The notes under the pieces: generated by a model
Told to the model about the DNA's origin: nothing
Databases searched by the model: none
The model's input: the letters and a program-made list of their open reading frames with translations, nothing else
Position numbers and translations under genes: made by a program
Shown here: positions 1 to 11,625 of the stretch, one piece after another
Layout: each line of letters opens with the position of its first letter
How positions within the stretch are numbered: the first letter of the stretch is position 1
Assembly: GCA_024346625.1 (NCBI GenBank)
Contig: AP024664.1
Span: 744,001-808,000 of the forward strand
DNA from: Williopsis jadinii
Lineage: Eukaryota
Length of the DNA: 64,000 bases
Direction of reading: 5' to 3'

Positions 1-48
1 CTCTTTATGATGTCCTTGTCCTATTAAGACCCGATCAACAATGTCCAT
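1..48 (-). CDS. Possible 5' end of a gene running off the window edge (MDIVDRVLIGQGHHKE...)
   Basis: ATG at 48 with an open frame to the window edge, divergent from eIF3e across ~250 bp; too short to identify. Confidence 0.25.
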   Translation of the reverse strand, partial: MDIVDRVLIGQGHHKE

Positions 49-202
49 CGAGGAGAGGGACAAGACACGCTCAAAAGTCCTAGGCCAAACCTCTTTTTTT
101 TCGCTACACGACGCGTCTGTCCCCAAACTCTAATGGGTGTCCGCGAACTTGTTTTGTAGATTTTAGAAAAAGACTGGTGTCTGGATGTTTTGTCTTGCAA
201 GG

Positions 203-212
203 TGAAAAATTT
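203..212 (+). promoter_or_regulatory. RRPE-like element (TGAAAAATTT) upstream of eIF3e
   Basis: Matches the RRPE consensus typical of yeast ribosome-biogenesis/translation gene promoters. Confidence 0.4.
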
Positions 213-295
213 CTTTCGGCAGTTGGACAAAAACTTTTAGGACATTCAAGATCACCGTTCATTTGTCGTTAGATAGTTGAGATATACCTGACAAG

Positions 296-1621
296 ATGAG
301 TGATTTGACATCAGAAGAGCTTGAGATCGCTCGCCAATATGACTTGGTTCAGAAGATGATTCCATTCTTTGACCGTCATCTTCTTTACCCAATCCTGGAG
401 TCGCTTGGAGACATCTACGATGAGAAGACCATCACCAAGCTTACCTATGAGCTGTTCAAAGACACAAACATGACCAACTTCTTGGAGGAACAATGGAAGA
501 AATTGGATGGCGGGTCATTGCCTGCTGAGATTGTTGCTAAGAAGGAACAGAAGGAGAAGGAGTTTGCCAACTTGAACGAGGCTACGAAGAAAGTGTTGGA
601 TGTGCTACGCCAGCAAGATGTCCAGGAGCATTTGGGCCAGGATAAGAACCTGAATAGAGAATACTTGGAACAGAACCACGGTATCACAGAGGAGGACATT
701 GACAGACTGTACGAGTTTGGTCAGTTCCAGTACAACAGCGGTGACTACGTGATGGCTTCCGATTTGCTCTCAAACTTCAGAGCATTGACTACAAACAGTG
801 AAAAGGTGTTGAACGCCACTTGGGGTAAATTAGCCTGCGAGATTATCAGCACAAATTGGGAGTCCGCATTGAAGGAGCTGGCCAAGCTCAGAGAAGTCAT
901 CGATACGAGATCATTTGGTGAGACATTGGTTCAACTCCATTACAGAACTTGGATCATCCACTGGTCTTTGTTCCCTTTCTTCAACACCGATAACGGATTG
1001 GAGGGATTGTTGGATCTATACTTTTCATCTTCTTACTTGTCAACGATCCAGGCCGCATGTCCTTGGATCTTGAGATACCTCGTTGCTGCCGTGGTGGGCT
1101 CAGAGTCCTCCACCAAGAGTAACTTGTCCAATCCAAACTTCCAAAAGAGACTCAAAGATTTGATCAGAATCGTCGACCAAGAGCAGTACGAGTACAACGA
1201 CCCTCTTACAGGCTTCATCAAGGCTCTATACATTGATTTTGACTTCGAAGAGGCTAACAACAAGTTGAACGAGTCATTGGTGATCTTCAAGACCGACTTC
1301 TTCTTGGCTAACGTATCCGACATCTTTGTCAAAAACGCTAGACACCTGATTGCTGAGGTCTACTGCCGTGTTCATAACAGAATCGACCTTAACGACTTCT
1401 CCAAATTCCTCAACTTGTCCAGAGACGACGGTGAGAAATGGATTGCTAACCTCATCAAACAGACAAAGATGAACGCCAAGATTGACGAAGCTGCGGGTTC
1501 TGTATCATTCGAACACCCAAGTGGTAATGTTTATCAACATGTTATTGAAAAGACAAAGGGTCTTTCATTCAAGGCTAACCAGATCTTGGCCACTGCTCTT
1601 CAACAACAAGATCAAGTGTAA
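296..1621 (+). CDS. INT6: Eukaryotic translation initiation factor 3 subunit E
   Basis: 441 aa; N-terminal 'YDL...FFDRHLLYP', 'WGKLACEI', 'RTWIIHWSLF', C-terminal PCI domain ('GEKWIANLI..MNAKID..VYQHVIEKTK'). Confidence 0.93.
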   Translation: MSDLTSEELEIARQYDLVQKMIPFFDRHLLYPILESLGDIYDEKTITKLTYELFKDTNMTNFLEEQWKKLDGGSLPAEIVAKKEQKEKEFANLNEATKKVLDVLRQQDVQEHLGQDKNLNREYLEQNHGITEEDIDRLYEFGQFQYNSGDYVMASDLLSNFRALTTNSEKVLNATWGKLACEIISTNWESALKELAKLREVIDTRSFGETLVQLHYRTWIIHWSLFPFFNTDNGLEGLLDLYFSSSYLSTIQAACPWILRYLVAAVVGSESSTKSNLSNPNFQKRLKDLIRIVDQEQYEYNDPLTGFIKALYIDFDFEEANNKLNESLVIFKTDFFLANVSDIFVKNARHLIAEVYCRVHNRIDLNDFSKFLNLSRDDGEKWIANLIKQTKMNAKIDEAAGSVSFEHPSGNVYQHVIEKTKGLSFKANQILATALQQQDQV

Positions 1622-1745
1622 TGGTTTTACTTGGTTTGTTACCGTGTATACTAGTACCAAAAAAGATTAAATCAAATAAAGGTCTTTTCCCCTTCATAGG
1701 AAGAAAATTCTATAAAATTGTAATGTACTGCTATTCCCTTCTCTT

Positions 1746-4700
1746 TTAGACGGTTCTTTTGAATGCTTCTTTGGCAATCTGTGTCAACACATCCAATTCA
1801 CCACTATCGACACACATGCTGTAGAAAGTTGTTGATTTATCGCTGATCAGCTTGTATGGATGGTCAAATTCAACAACTTCACCAGCATCCATAACAAGAA
1901 TCTTGTCGTAATCAATGATAGATCTAAGTCTGTGCGCAATGGTCAAGATAGTAGAATTTGAGAATTCTTGTCTGATAGTCTGTTGAATCTTAGCATCAGA
2001 GTCATAGTCGATGGACGCGGTAGCCTCATCCAACAGCATGATCTTTGGATCCCTCAAGAGAGATCTGGCCAGACACATCAACTGTCTTTGACCTTGGGAC
2101 AAATTACCACCACCTTCTGAGACGTCACTGTTCAAATTCAAAAATTTGTTGGCATTCTCATCACTGGATGAGCTTCCCGAGGAAGAGCCACCTTGATTGG
2201 CCAACTCATCTTCTGTAATCAAGTTAACTCTCTTCAATGCCTCAAAGATAAATGCGTCAGAATAGTTTCCAAATGGATCCAGATTTGATCTGATCGTACC
2301 GGTGAATAAAGTTGGGTCTTGAGGGATAATCGTGATAGACTGTCTCAGTCTTTTTAATCCGATGCTAGTGATATCAACACCATCAATCTTTATATAACCA
2401 GTCTCAGGATCCAAGAATCTGAACAGAGCGGTAATGATTGTAGATTTACCCGCACCGGTTCTACCAACAATACCGATTTTGTTACTTGGTTCAACGTTGA
2501 AGGACACATTCTTGATAACCAGAGGTAGATGAGGAGCATATCTCAGAGACAAATCACAAACTTCTAGGGCACCATGTTCTGGCCAACTCTCTGGAGGCTC
2601 ATTCTCTGGAACCTCTTCAGCTGGTTCCTCATCGACATCCGTATACTCTTTCAATCTTTCGACAGAATTCATAGCCATTTCAACATTGGCATAGAGTCTA
2701 ACAATCCACAAAGCAGTATCATTGAACACAATAGCATAAGACAAAGAAATACCAGCAAGACCAGCGTCTATCTTGTCGAGAGAAAACAAAATGAATGCAC
2801 CAGCGAGGAAGATCACACTTGCACCAATCATATCGTTTCTGAAACTGAGCCATCTGTTGGTAATCCACATATAAAAGAACGGTCTGTTGTTCTCATCAAT
2901 CTTGTTCAAGTTTTCTTGCAAGAAACGACGTTCGATACCATATGCACGGATTGTGCTTGCACCTACCAAAGTTTCTGAAAAGTGTTGATGAATAGGCGAT
3001 TTGGTGATGGAATCAAATCTCTTTAGCTCACGAGAACTGCTCAAATAGAAAACAGCAACAAGATAGTACATCACGAGGATCAAAATGGCGAATATTAAGA
3101 AGCCTGGAGTAATTGCCATAATCATCGCCAGGGTGAACAAGACGGAGACAGCACATGACACAGCACCATCGATGAAGGGAATCAAATCTTGGTCAACGGA
3201 CTCAATATCCTTTGAAAATCTGTTCATGATTCGACCAATCGGCGTAGAATCAAAGAATCTTAATTTTGCCCTCAAGATTTTGTTCAAAACTTTAGCGAAC
3301 ACACGTCTGGAGGCCTTAATACCCATGAAGAAACCATAGACAATTCTAAGACCAACAATCAAAGCGTAACTCACACCAAGAATACCATAAACAATAATGT
3401 AGTACACCGAAATGTTGGTTTCCTTCAAAACAGACATTGAATTCTGAATTTGATGATATTTGAAAACAAAAACATTCAGAGGCTTTGCAATAAATTGAGA
3501 CATTGCACCATAGTATTGGGATTCAGAAAGCGTACCGGCAATACTGATATGGACATCGTTACTGGCATCCTTTGCCCATTTACGAACCCACCAAGATTGA
3601 CCAAAGTTGATTACGTTTGCAACCAAGAAGAGGCCAAGAAGGACTGCAACAATGAACCATCCTCCAAAAATGCTGAAAAACCATTTGTACACTTCCAGGG
3701 ACACAACACCCTCAGACTTTTGCTCTTCCTCAATCAATTTGCCTTTCTTCAAATTCTCCAACTCTTCATCTTCAGGGTTTTCAATAGGCTTCATATTGTT
3801 AAGAGCCTCTTTAGCCTTAAGGACCACATCTTCTTCTTGTTGTTTAGATTTCTGAACTAAATCGACGGAAGAATTAGCTCTAGAGTAGACTGTAGATTTG
3901 ATCATCTCATCATCACCCAAAGCACCATCAGCCAATAGTTGCTCTGGAGTTCCAGAGTTTGTAATTCTTCCGTTATTCAACACAACGACAAAGTCTGCAG
4001 ATTTGATAGTTAAAGCAACGTTATGAGAGACCAATAATACAGTTCTGTTCTTCATCAGTGGACCAGCAATACAGTTTTCGTAGATGTGTAACGCAGTGTG
4101 AGAGTCAACGGCACTCAAGCAATCGTCAAGAAGAATATGTCTCGAGTTTGAATACAGAGCTCTAGCCAAAGATACTCTTTGTTTTTGACCACCAGAGAGT
4201 GCAATACCCTTCTCTCCAATTTCAGTTTGATCACCAGCTTTAAGAATTTCGAAATCACGAGCGAGTCCACATGCACTTACAACCTTGTTGTAGCGATCTC
4301 TATTGAACGGAGAGCCAAATACAATATTGTTTCTGATGGTATCGTTCAACAACCAGGCAGCCTGAGAGCAATATGCTACAGATTCTGTGTAGCCATCAGG
4401 ACCAATTTCCAAATCTTCTCTAGGCAAGAAACCAGGAAGGTGAACTTCACCCTTGGTGATTTCCATTTCACCAAGTAAAGCCAACAACAAAGAAGTCTTA
4501 CCAGCACCTGTAGGTCCAATTATGACGTTCAACTTTCCAACTGTGAAATCAACATCGAGATCTCTCAATTTGAAGTCAGCATCCGAAGTTGAGTCCCAAG
4601 AAAAGCTTGCGTTAGAGAAACCAACTCTTCCTGTATTCTTGACATGAGTTAACTGCTCATACTTTGTAGTTTCTTCTTGACTCAAGAACTCACTAACACG

Positions 4701-6656
4701 GTCCAGAGAAACCTTGGACTGGATAGCAAAGGACAACATATCTGAAATTTGATCCAAAGGATTTCTTAACAAGTTGAAAAGAGACAAAGCTGTGAATGCA
4801 ACCGGCGTTGTCAACACTTTCTTATCGATAAATATATAACAACCGAACGAGATAACTGTAACGATTGTAGGCAAAATACACCACAAAATAACGAGGAAGG
4901 ACCAGATAACGGATCTCGATTTGAGCATCTCCAATTCTTCATCTCTAATCTTGAGAATCTGTTCTTCAAATTTCTTTTCCCATGCAAAGAACTTGATTAT
5001 TCTTATACTCTGCAAAGTTTCGTTCAACTTTTGGATACGTCTATCAGTAACAGCTAAAGCTTTCTTTTGCAATTCACCCAATTTACGAGACATCATGAAA
5101 TTCAATGGAGAGAGTGCAATGATAGCAAATGCACCCACCAAGGCACTCCATCCCATGAGTTTCCAAAGCAAATAAATGGAAACTATAATCATACACGTGG
5201 CACCAAAGAAAGCGTGAAGATAAGCACAAACTTCAGAGATCTTGAACGCATCCACAGCCATCAGATTGATAATAGCACCCAAGTTCGCGCTCTTAGTTTC
5301 ATTTTCTTTATCTTGCTCTTCAGGTTCTTCAGTAGGGTTCACGCTAACAGGAGCAGGTGATTTATCCAATCCGGCATCAGCTTGATCAGTTGAGCTTGAC
5401 TTGGTTGTGAGTTTTCTTCTCAATGCCTTTGCGTAAATTTCTCCAATGACCACGGATTTCAACCTGATACAAACTCTTCTTCCAAAGAACAATGCCTGAC
5501 CCGATGATAAGTTTGAAAAGAATTTAGAGGCAAACATCAACGTAACGTAGAACCAAGCGAGTGGTAAATTGCCCGTGTTTCTATCTTCAACGAATTCCAA
5601 TATTCTCTTTAGTAAAATAGTTGGTGCGAAAAGAATCAACGACTCAACAACTGCCCAAAACGCCTGTACGAGTAAGAATGGCAAGAAGAACAGAATCACT
5701 CTATTAGAGAACCCCAATGTAGATCCCTGGCTAAACTTCTTGAAGCTCTTCAACACAAAGTAAGAGAAATCTTCCATTTTCAAATCCCAGACATCGTCTT
5801 GAGTCAAGGGCACCTTGAACGCCTGGTTCATCATTGGGGTTACCCAAGAAAAGGTCACAAGAGTCAATAAATCAGTAAAGGGCTCGGGATCCGGTTTACG
5901 GTGTTGATCCGAGAGGTAAACCTGTGGGCATCTATAGCCAACCTTTGACGTCGCCAAGTTAAAGAGCTGCAACGTAATCACAGAAAAGTTGACAATATAG
6001 TAAAGCTTGTCATCCCCAGTATGATTCAACAGCGCGGATCTGAAAGTCAAGACAGCTGGGAACCATAAGAAGAAGTAAATGAGTATACTACTGACCCATA
6101 GATTTGGCACTATTGCCTGAACCTTTTCATATTTGTCGTTCAAGTTCAAAATTCTAAAAGTAGTTGAAGAGAGGAGCCACAGCCACAACAGGAGGTTAGC
6201 CAGCGACGAGGCACTTTGAGTGTTCTGGTATCTATACGATTGAAGAACAAGCTGGGCCAATACGAACAATTCCTCAACGGCAACTCTAACCTTCTCAACG
6301 CCGGATCTCTTATAAAGAGTTTTACAACCGTGTGGTTCTCCGTTCAACTTCACCGGCGGCAAGGACGAGGAGTCGAAATGGCTCCTTTTAACGTCTTCAG
6401 TGAACTCAGCAGACGACTCGGTATACAGCGGTGCACTCCGCGAAGCGGTCAACAGCGGTTCGCTTTCCCCATCATCACGCAGAGAGACTCTCTTCCCCAA
6501 GTGAACGTAGTTGTACACACCTTTAACCGTGATGGTGGCAACCGAGACACAGAGCAACACCAGCGGCCACTGTGTTCCTATCAGCTCGTCACGAGCACAC
6601 GGAGAAAGATCATCAAAGTCCCAGAACCGAGAACAGCGCTCTCCGGACATCGTCAT
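1746..6656 (-). CDS. YBT1: Vacuolar ABCC/MRP-type ABC transporter (Ybt1/Bat1-like)
   Basis: Two TMD-NBD halves; Walker A GPTGAGKTS and GRTGAGKST, signatures LSGGQKQR and LSQGQRQL; 'NLGAIINLMAVDAFK'; first ATGs at 6656/6650 (the ORF-track start is non-ATG). Confidence 0.85.
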   Translation of the reverse strand: MTMSGERCSRFWDFDDLSPCARDELIGTQWPLVLLCVSVATITVKGVYNYVHLGKRVSLRDDGESEPLLTASRSAPLYTESSAEFTEDVKRSHFDSSSLPPVKLNGEPHGCKTLYKRSGVEKVRVAVEELFVLAQLVLQSYRYQNTQSASSLANLLLWLWLLSSTTFRILNLNDKYEKVQAIVPNLWVSSILIYFFLWFPAVLTFRSALLNHTGDDKLYYIVNFSVITLQLFNLATSKVGYRCPQVYLSDQHRKPDPEPFTDLLTLVTFSWVTPMMNQAFKVPLTQDDVWDLKMEDFSYFVLKSFKKFSQGSTLGFSNRVILFFLPFLLVQAFWAVVESLILFAPTILLKRILEFVEDRNTGNLPLAWFYVTLMFASKFFSNLSSGQALFFGRRVCIRLKSVVIGEIYAKALRRKLTTKSSSTDQADAGLDKSPAPVSVNPTEEPEEQDKENETKSANLGAIINLMAVDAFKISEVCAYLHAFFGATCMIIVSIYLLWKLMGWSALVGAFAIIALSPLNFMMSRKLGELQKKALAVTDRRIQKLNETLQSIRIIKFFAWEKKFEEQILKIRDEELEMLKSRSVIWSFLVILWCILPTIVTVISFGCYIFIDKKVLTTPVAFTALSLFNLLRNPLDQISDMLSFAIQSKVSLDRVSEFLSQEETTKYEQLTHVKNTGRVGFSNASFSWDSTSDADFKLRDLDVDFTVGKLNVIIGPTGAGKTSLLLALLGEMEITKGEVHLPGFLPREDLEIGPDGYTESVAYCSQAAWLLNDTIRNNIVFGSPFNRDRYNKVVSACGLARDFEILKAGDQTEIGEKGIALSGGQKQRVSLARALYSNSRHILLDDCLSAVDSHTALHIYENCIAGPLMKNRTVLLVSHNVALTIKSADFVVVLNNGRITNSGTPEQLLADGALGDDEMIKSTVYSRANSSVDLVQKSKQQEEDVVLKAKEALNNMKPIENPEDEELENLKKGKLIEEEQKSEGVVSLEVYKWFFSIFGGWFIVAVLLGLFLVANVINFGQSWWVRKWAKDASNDVHISIAGTLSESQYYGAMSQFIAKPLNVFVFKYHQIQNSMSVLKETNISVYYIIVYGILGVSYALIVGLRIVYGFFMGIKASRRVFAKVLNKILRAKLRFFDSTPIGRIMNRFSKDIESVDQDLIPFIDGAVSCAVSVLFTLAMIMAITPGFLIFAILILVMYYLVAVFYLSSSRELKRFDSITKSPIHQHFSETLVGASTIRAYGIERRFLQENLNKIDENNRPFFYMWITNRWLSFRNDMIGASVIFLAGAFILFSLDKIDAGLAGISLSYAIVFNDTALWIVRLYANVEMAMNSVERLKEYTDVDEEPAEEVPENEPPESWPEHGALEVCDLSLRYAPHLPLVIKNVSFNVEPSNKIGIVGRTGAGKSTIITALFRFLDPETGYIKIDGVDITSIGLKRLRQSITIIPQDPTLFTGTIRSNLDPFGNYSDAFIFEALKRVNLITEDELANQGGSSSGSSSSDENANKFLNLNSDVSEGGGNLSQGQRQLMCLARSLLRDPKIMLLDEATASIDYDSDAKIQQTIRQEFSNSTILTIAHRLRSIIDYDKILVMDAGEVVEFDHPYKLISDKSTTFYSMCVDSGELDVLTQIAKEAFKRTV

Positions 6657-6963
6657 CAACCAATTGCCAACAAACCAAACCCAGTTTACTGCTCTGGAGG
6701 AAACGAAGGACTGTTGAACAGGCACTGATGAGCCGCCCTGTTTATTTATACAAAAGGGGAACCAAACGTAGTGCGCACGCACGGTTTTCGCGCGATGGGC
6801 GCGGCAGAGACGATAAAAACCAAAAAGAAAAAAACACACACAGGCAGAGGCCCTCTACGCACACAACCACAGCAACGGTTTTCCCATAGTTTACGCACGG
6901 AAGGAGCCGGCTGCTGTGTAATGGAAAGTTAACGAAATTGGGTGATATTCATCAGTTGAACTA

Positions 6964-6999
6964 CATGGGGGCTCATCATGGGGACTCATCATGGGGACT
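6964..6999. repeat. 13-bp tandem repeat (CATGGGG[G/A]CTCAT) x~2.8
   Basis: catgggggctcat-catggggactcat-catggggact read directly, upstream of YBT1. Confidence 0.8.
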
Positions 7000-7620
7000 T
7001 TGAAATTGTACTATGGATTTCCAATGGTGTCGTTCAGCAATCAACTGGTCTTTGAGCATGTTCTGTTCCCAATTAGGCCTTAAAGCCTTGCATGCTATGC
7101 GAAGCTCGTTGCATAATCGAGACAAAAAAAAATTTGTGCTGGAGATGCCGCTTGTAGATTGATAAACAGGTACTCCACCGTAGTGCCTTCTTTTCTGTCG
7201 TATACAAGGGTTAGATTGATATGACACCAGTGCACTGCGTATTCCGTCCATCCAAGTGGCTCTAATGGGCAAGAAAAACGAATGGGGGGGGGGCGGAGTT
7301 GTGATGTTAGTGCTCAAAGCCTCGAAGAGCCATCTCCTCGGGCACGCTGGCTCATGGGGAAGCTGGCGTGCAGATCGCAGCGAAAGCACCGAGCCAATGG
7401 CCTATATAGGCTTACCTATGTACTCTTCACGCTTGTCCCATTGTTCTCGCCGCCGATGTTCTCGTAGCAGGTGTCATGACACATGCAACAGGCCCGAGCT
7501 GATACGCTGTAAAGTTACGAGAGCGCGTGATATGCAATGGTGTAATTTATAGTTCAACTAAATAATTACTTGTTAGGATCATATATCGGAGACACAACAT
7601 GTGTGTATGTTCTCAGCTAA

Positions 7621-8555
7621 TCAGTTTGCATTCTCCTCGGTGACTTCCACGGCAGCCTCTGCCTCTGGTTCTGCCTCTGGTTCCGCATCGTTGGATTCCT
7701 CCTTGGCTTGCTCCCTCGGTCTCACATCTATAGCCACTCTGACTTGGATTGGACGACCGTTCAGCTCCAAATCTTGTAACTTTTCCACTTTTTCGTCAAT
7801 GGTTTCACCATCCTTCAGCTCGAGCTTAACAAAGGCATAGCCCTTGTTGTTCTGCTCCGGGGTTTTCCCATCAGCGGCGAGCTTCTCAACTAGGCGCTTT
7901 GGTAATCTGCGCAAAGGAACAGAGATCCATTGAGGATTCTCACCTTTGGAAATGAGCGCCTCGTTGATGTCAGAGCTCTGTGCCTTGAAATCCAAGTTTC
8001 TCAAATAAATCGTATCAAGAGACTTTGTTCCCTCTTCGAATGGGATTCTCTCCTTCTTTGCAGGTTTTTTCTTTGCAGCCTTGGACTTTTTCAGCTCAGA
8101 TTCATCTCCGTTAGCTTCAGCTACGGAGCCGTTGGTTTCAACCTTTGCAGGTGTCTCTGGCTTCTTCGGTTTAGGCTTGTGGTTTGCAACGTTCACGCTG
8201 ATCTTACGACCTTTCAAGTCGAAGTCGTTAAACTTCTCGATGACAGGCTCCAAGCTCTGTTCGTCTTCAAACGTGACAAATCCATAGCCTAATGACGACA
8301 AGAATTGCTTGCCGTTCTTCTGTCTGTATCTTCTCTTTGGGAGCTTCACAGACTTGCTGTAGTTAAAAGAAGGATCCTTTGTTAGTAACAAGCACATGGG
8401 TCTTTATATATGTTCCAAGTAACTTACACAGAGTATTCGTTGAATAGTTCCTTCAGTTCATCCTCTGTGACGGAGAACTCGAGGTTGCTGATGTGAATTT
8501 GGTTTGTAGCTGGGACTTCTTCAGCTTGCACTGGGGCCGGGGTTTCGTTGGACAT
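7621..8555 (-). CDS. Two-RRM RNA/ssDNA-binding protein, Sbp1-like; exons 8555-8428 and 8356-7621
   Basis: ATG 8555 gives MSNETPAPVQAEEVPATNQIHISNLEF (RNP2); intron 8427-8357 with GTAAGT / TACTAAC / CAG joins in frame; RNP1 motifs LGYGFVTF and KGYAFVKL; second RRM 'DTIYLRNLDFKA...ISVPLRRL' resembles Sbp1. Confidence 0.7.
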
Positions 8556-9040
8556 TGTTTAAGCTAGGGCGGGAGGTAAAATAATTGCACAGAACACAGA
8601 AATGGTTAACGTATTGTCGAATATTCGTTGTATTAAAGACTCAATTAGGTGATTGATACAAGTCTTTATAGGTTCTTAGCAAGTTGTTACTCGAGAAAGG
8701 ATTGTGTAGCCTTTTTTCCTTGTTCACACAATGTGGCGGATTTACGAAAACCATAGAAACCCTCTGGTGATCAGTTAATATTTCGCGGGGGGGGGGGCGA
8801 GCTGAATGCGCTAAGATTGTTGGTAACCAACGCTTCTAAAGGCATTTAAAAACCCGTAGAGATATTGGGACATTGAATCAAATGAAAAATTAGACACATG
8901 ACTTTGTACTTGTTTGTATGTGGTTCATGTCAAGAAGACCATAAATTAGATGGATTGAAGCCATACGAGGGGATTGGTTATATAACCTTTTGGAACTCGA
9001 GTCGACTAGTGCATCACTATTCTTTTCCAACCCAACGAAA

Positions 9041-9112
9041 TCCGTGATAGTTTAGTGGCTAGAATTACCGCTTGTCGCGCGGTAGACCGGGGTTCAATTC
9101 CCCGTCGCGGAG
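9041..9112 (+). tRNA. tRNA-Asp (GTC)
   Basis: TCCGTGA...TCGCGGA acceptor stem, CTTGTCGC anticodon loop, GGTTCAATTCC B-box, T-run Pol III terminator immediately after. Confidence 0.96.
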
Positions 9113-9685
9113 TATTTTTTTGTTTTTTTTTTCCTGTGACAGGCTTACATAAGCACAGGCAGATCGTGGCACCGAGTCAACATCTCCGGCGGCCTGAAAA
9201 ATCCAATCTGCAGTTCCTTACGTCATTGAAGAGCTCGTGAAAAGCACACGGAACTACAATCAATGGAGCCTATGCCCTCCTCCTGAGACAAGGAACGGGT
9301 CAATAACCAGCCAACTCAAGTTCTCATAACAATCAAAGCGTTAGTGCGGTGTCTATGCCGTCGATTATATCCTCCTGAAAGAGCTGGTTCTTCTCAACGA
9401 TCCACGCCAAAGCGTAAAAGTGACGCACCCGCCCTAAACTGCAACCAACAATCCAGCTCCATCACCATGGCGATGGTCTCAGTGGACAAACCAAAGAGGA
9501 AGCTGCCTTCTGTGAGCGACCCGCGATCGAGTTTGACCTTTTAAGCGATGGTGATGGTGGGAGAAGGTGCTGAAGTTGTTGTGATCTCTCACAAAAACAC
9601 ATTTTTCTGCTCCATAGAGCTTGTCCATATAGTCATTGACCATTTGAACGTACACCGTTGATACCTGTGGTTTACTCTGTGCGAA

Positions 9686-9897
9686 ATGAACTTCAATTAC
9701 CCATCAGATGGTCCCCTGGATCTCTCCACGGCACCTTCTTCTTCCAGTATGAACTATTACACTCAGAGCAGCAATAACAGCGGCAACGCCAGCAGTTACT
9801 CTTCGCAGTTCTGGAGGAAACCACAGTCACAGCAACAGCCTAATCAGGGATCCTCCAAGGCACAGTCACTGAAGCAACAACAACAACATCAGCAACA

Positions 9898-9929
<32 letters not shown>

Positions 9930-10570
9930 AGCAACAGCAGCAGCAGCAACAATCTCAACAGTCCCAACAATCTCAACAGCAGCAACAGTCACAACAACAG
10001 TCTAGTACTCATCAATATGCTCCATCGCTGGGCAATTCACTAAACACGTCGATAACCACAACAAATACCGCCAATACTTCTCTAACGGGTGGGTCTTTGA
10101 ACAACAACACCGAAGTTGACAAGTTGAAACTACAGGTAAAGATCAAGGAATCACAGATTGAGTCTCTGGAAGGGGAGATTCAAAGACTGAACGAGAGCCT
10201 TGGACCGAGATCTAATAGGGCACCTTCTCAAATCCCACAGAGCCTTAACGAGATCTTTGTCGACATGAGCACTAAGTACTTCCAAGTCACTAAAGAATTA
10301 GAAGATACCAAAGAGAGATTGGAAAGCTTGGCTACTGCGATTGCCCTAAACCCTTCTAATGACTCGACAAACGGCGGTAGATACGACGAGTTGGAGGTTA
10401 GCCACAAGATCTTGATCAAATTGGAGAACTTGAAGAAGGAAAACGAGGAACTAATGAAACAACTGAGCTTTGGTAAAGTTAAACAGATGGAGTTGGAATT
10501 AAACTTACTGAAACGGGAAAACTCTCAGCTGAAGAGGGAAAACTCTCAACTGAAAAAGAACGTACACTAG
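9686..10570 (+). CDS. MUM2: Mum2 (WTAP-like subunit of the mRNA m6A methyltransferase MIS complex) with a poly-Q N-terminus
   Basis: C-terminal coiled coil 'GRYDELEVSHKILIKLENLKKENEELMKQLSFGK..ELELNLLKREN' resembles yeast Mum2; CAA/CAG tract ~9874-10000. Confidence 0.75.
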
Positions 10571-10706
10571 CACCATTAGAACGATCCAGATGTTTACTGA
10601 CTAATATTAATTGCTATCTTTATCTCCTTATTTGTATTTAAAAAAAGATGAACTGGTAATATGTACAGGCTTTCTATATATATCGAGGGAGCATGATGCA
10701 CACATC

Positions 10707-11410
10707 TTACTCTTTTGTTGGACGTGGAACAATCTCGATGGAGTTCTTAAGCACAGGCTGAACTGGCGATCTCAGATTATCTGATGGTAAACTCTCCAAA
10801 CTCTCTTCGGTCTTGTAAAACTCCTCCTTCATTCTCTCCACGAGCTGTGTGAATTCCTCAGTACCGTTTGGTCTGTTCTTGACGAGTTTGTCAACGTTAT
10901 GTTTAGTCAATTCGTCGATTTCAAGGCCTTGCTTCTCTAATCTAGCAACGATTCTTGCAGTCATCCAGAATTTCATCTCTCTCTTACCATCCACAAGCTC
11001 AACGATGCTCTGCTCAGCGTTGTCGCCCAATCTTGGCTCAAGACGAAGAACTCTTGTGAATCCTCCAACCCTCGAGTTATAGCGCTCTTTGAGCTCGCCA
11101 AACAGCTTTGGAAGTGTCTCTCCATGCTTGAATACCTCTGATGAAGCCAGACTCTTAGCAAGCTCGACATCATCCTTCTTTGTAAGCGAAATCAGCTTAT
11201 CAGCGAGTCTCTGTGTCTCTTTAGCCTTAGCATGTGTCGTGGTGATAGATTCATGCTCAAAGAGAGCTGTGACCAAATTTCTAAGAAGCGCTCTCTTGTG
11301 CTTATGGTCTCTGCACACACAAAGCAAGATACACTGTTAGTGTGCCGTTAAGGATGGATATCTTCTAGAAATGGCCCAACTTACCTTCCCAAATGTCTCG
11401 TAACACCCAT
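10707..11410 (-). CDS. MRPL8: Mitochondrial ribosomal protein bL17m; exons 11410-11385 and 11310-10707
   Basis: Spliced N-terminus MGVTRHLGRDHKHKRALLRNLVTALFEHESITTTHAKAKE (L17 signature); intron 11384-11311 GTAAGT / CACTAAC / CAG. Confidence 0.92.
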
Positions 11411-11625
11411 CGTCGAACGTTTCAAATACCGAGTTGTCTGTCCTTGGTGGCCTTGTCTTTTGCCCAATTTGTCCATTTGATCATTTTCTTTTCAGCCAAA
11501 ATTTTAAACCTGTAACATCCGGACATCTTCATGAAAACGGAGAAATTCACCGGTAGACAAATTGGACAAACCAGGTTTGTTTATGGGACTGAGAAGGGAG
11601 GAAGCACTTTGGAAACAGTAACACA

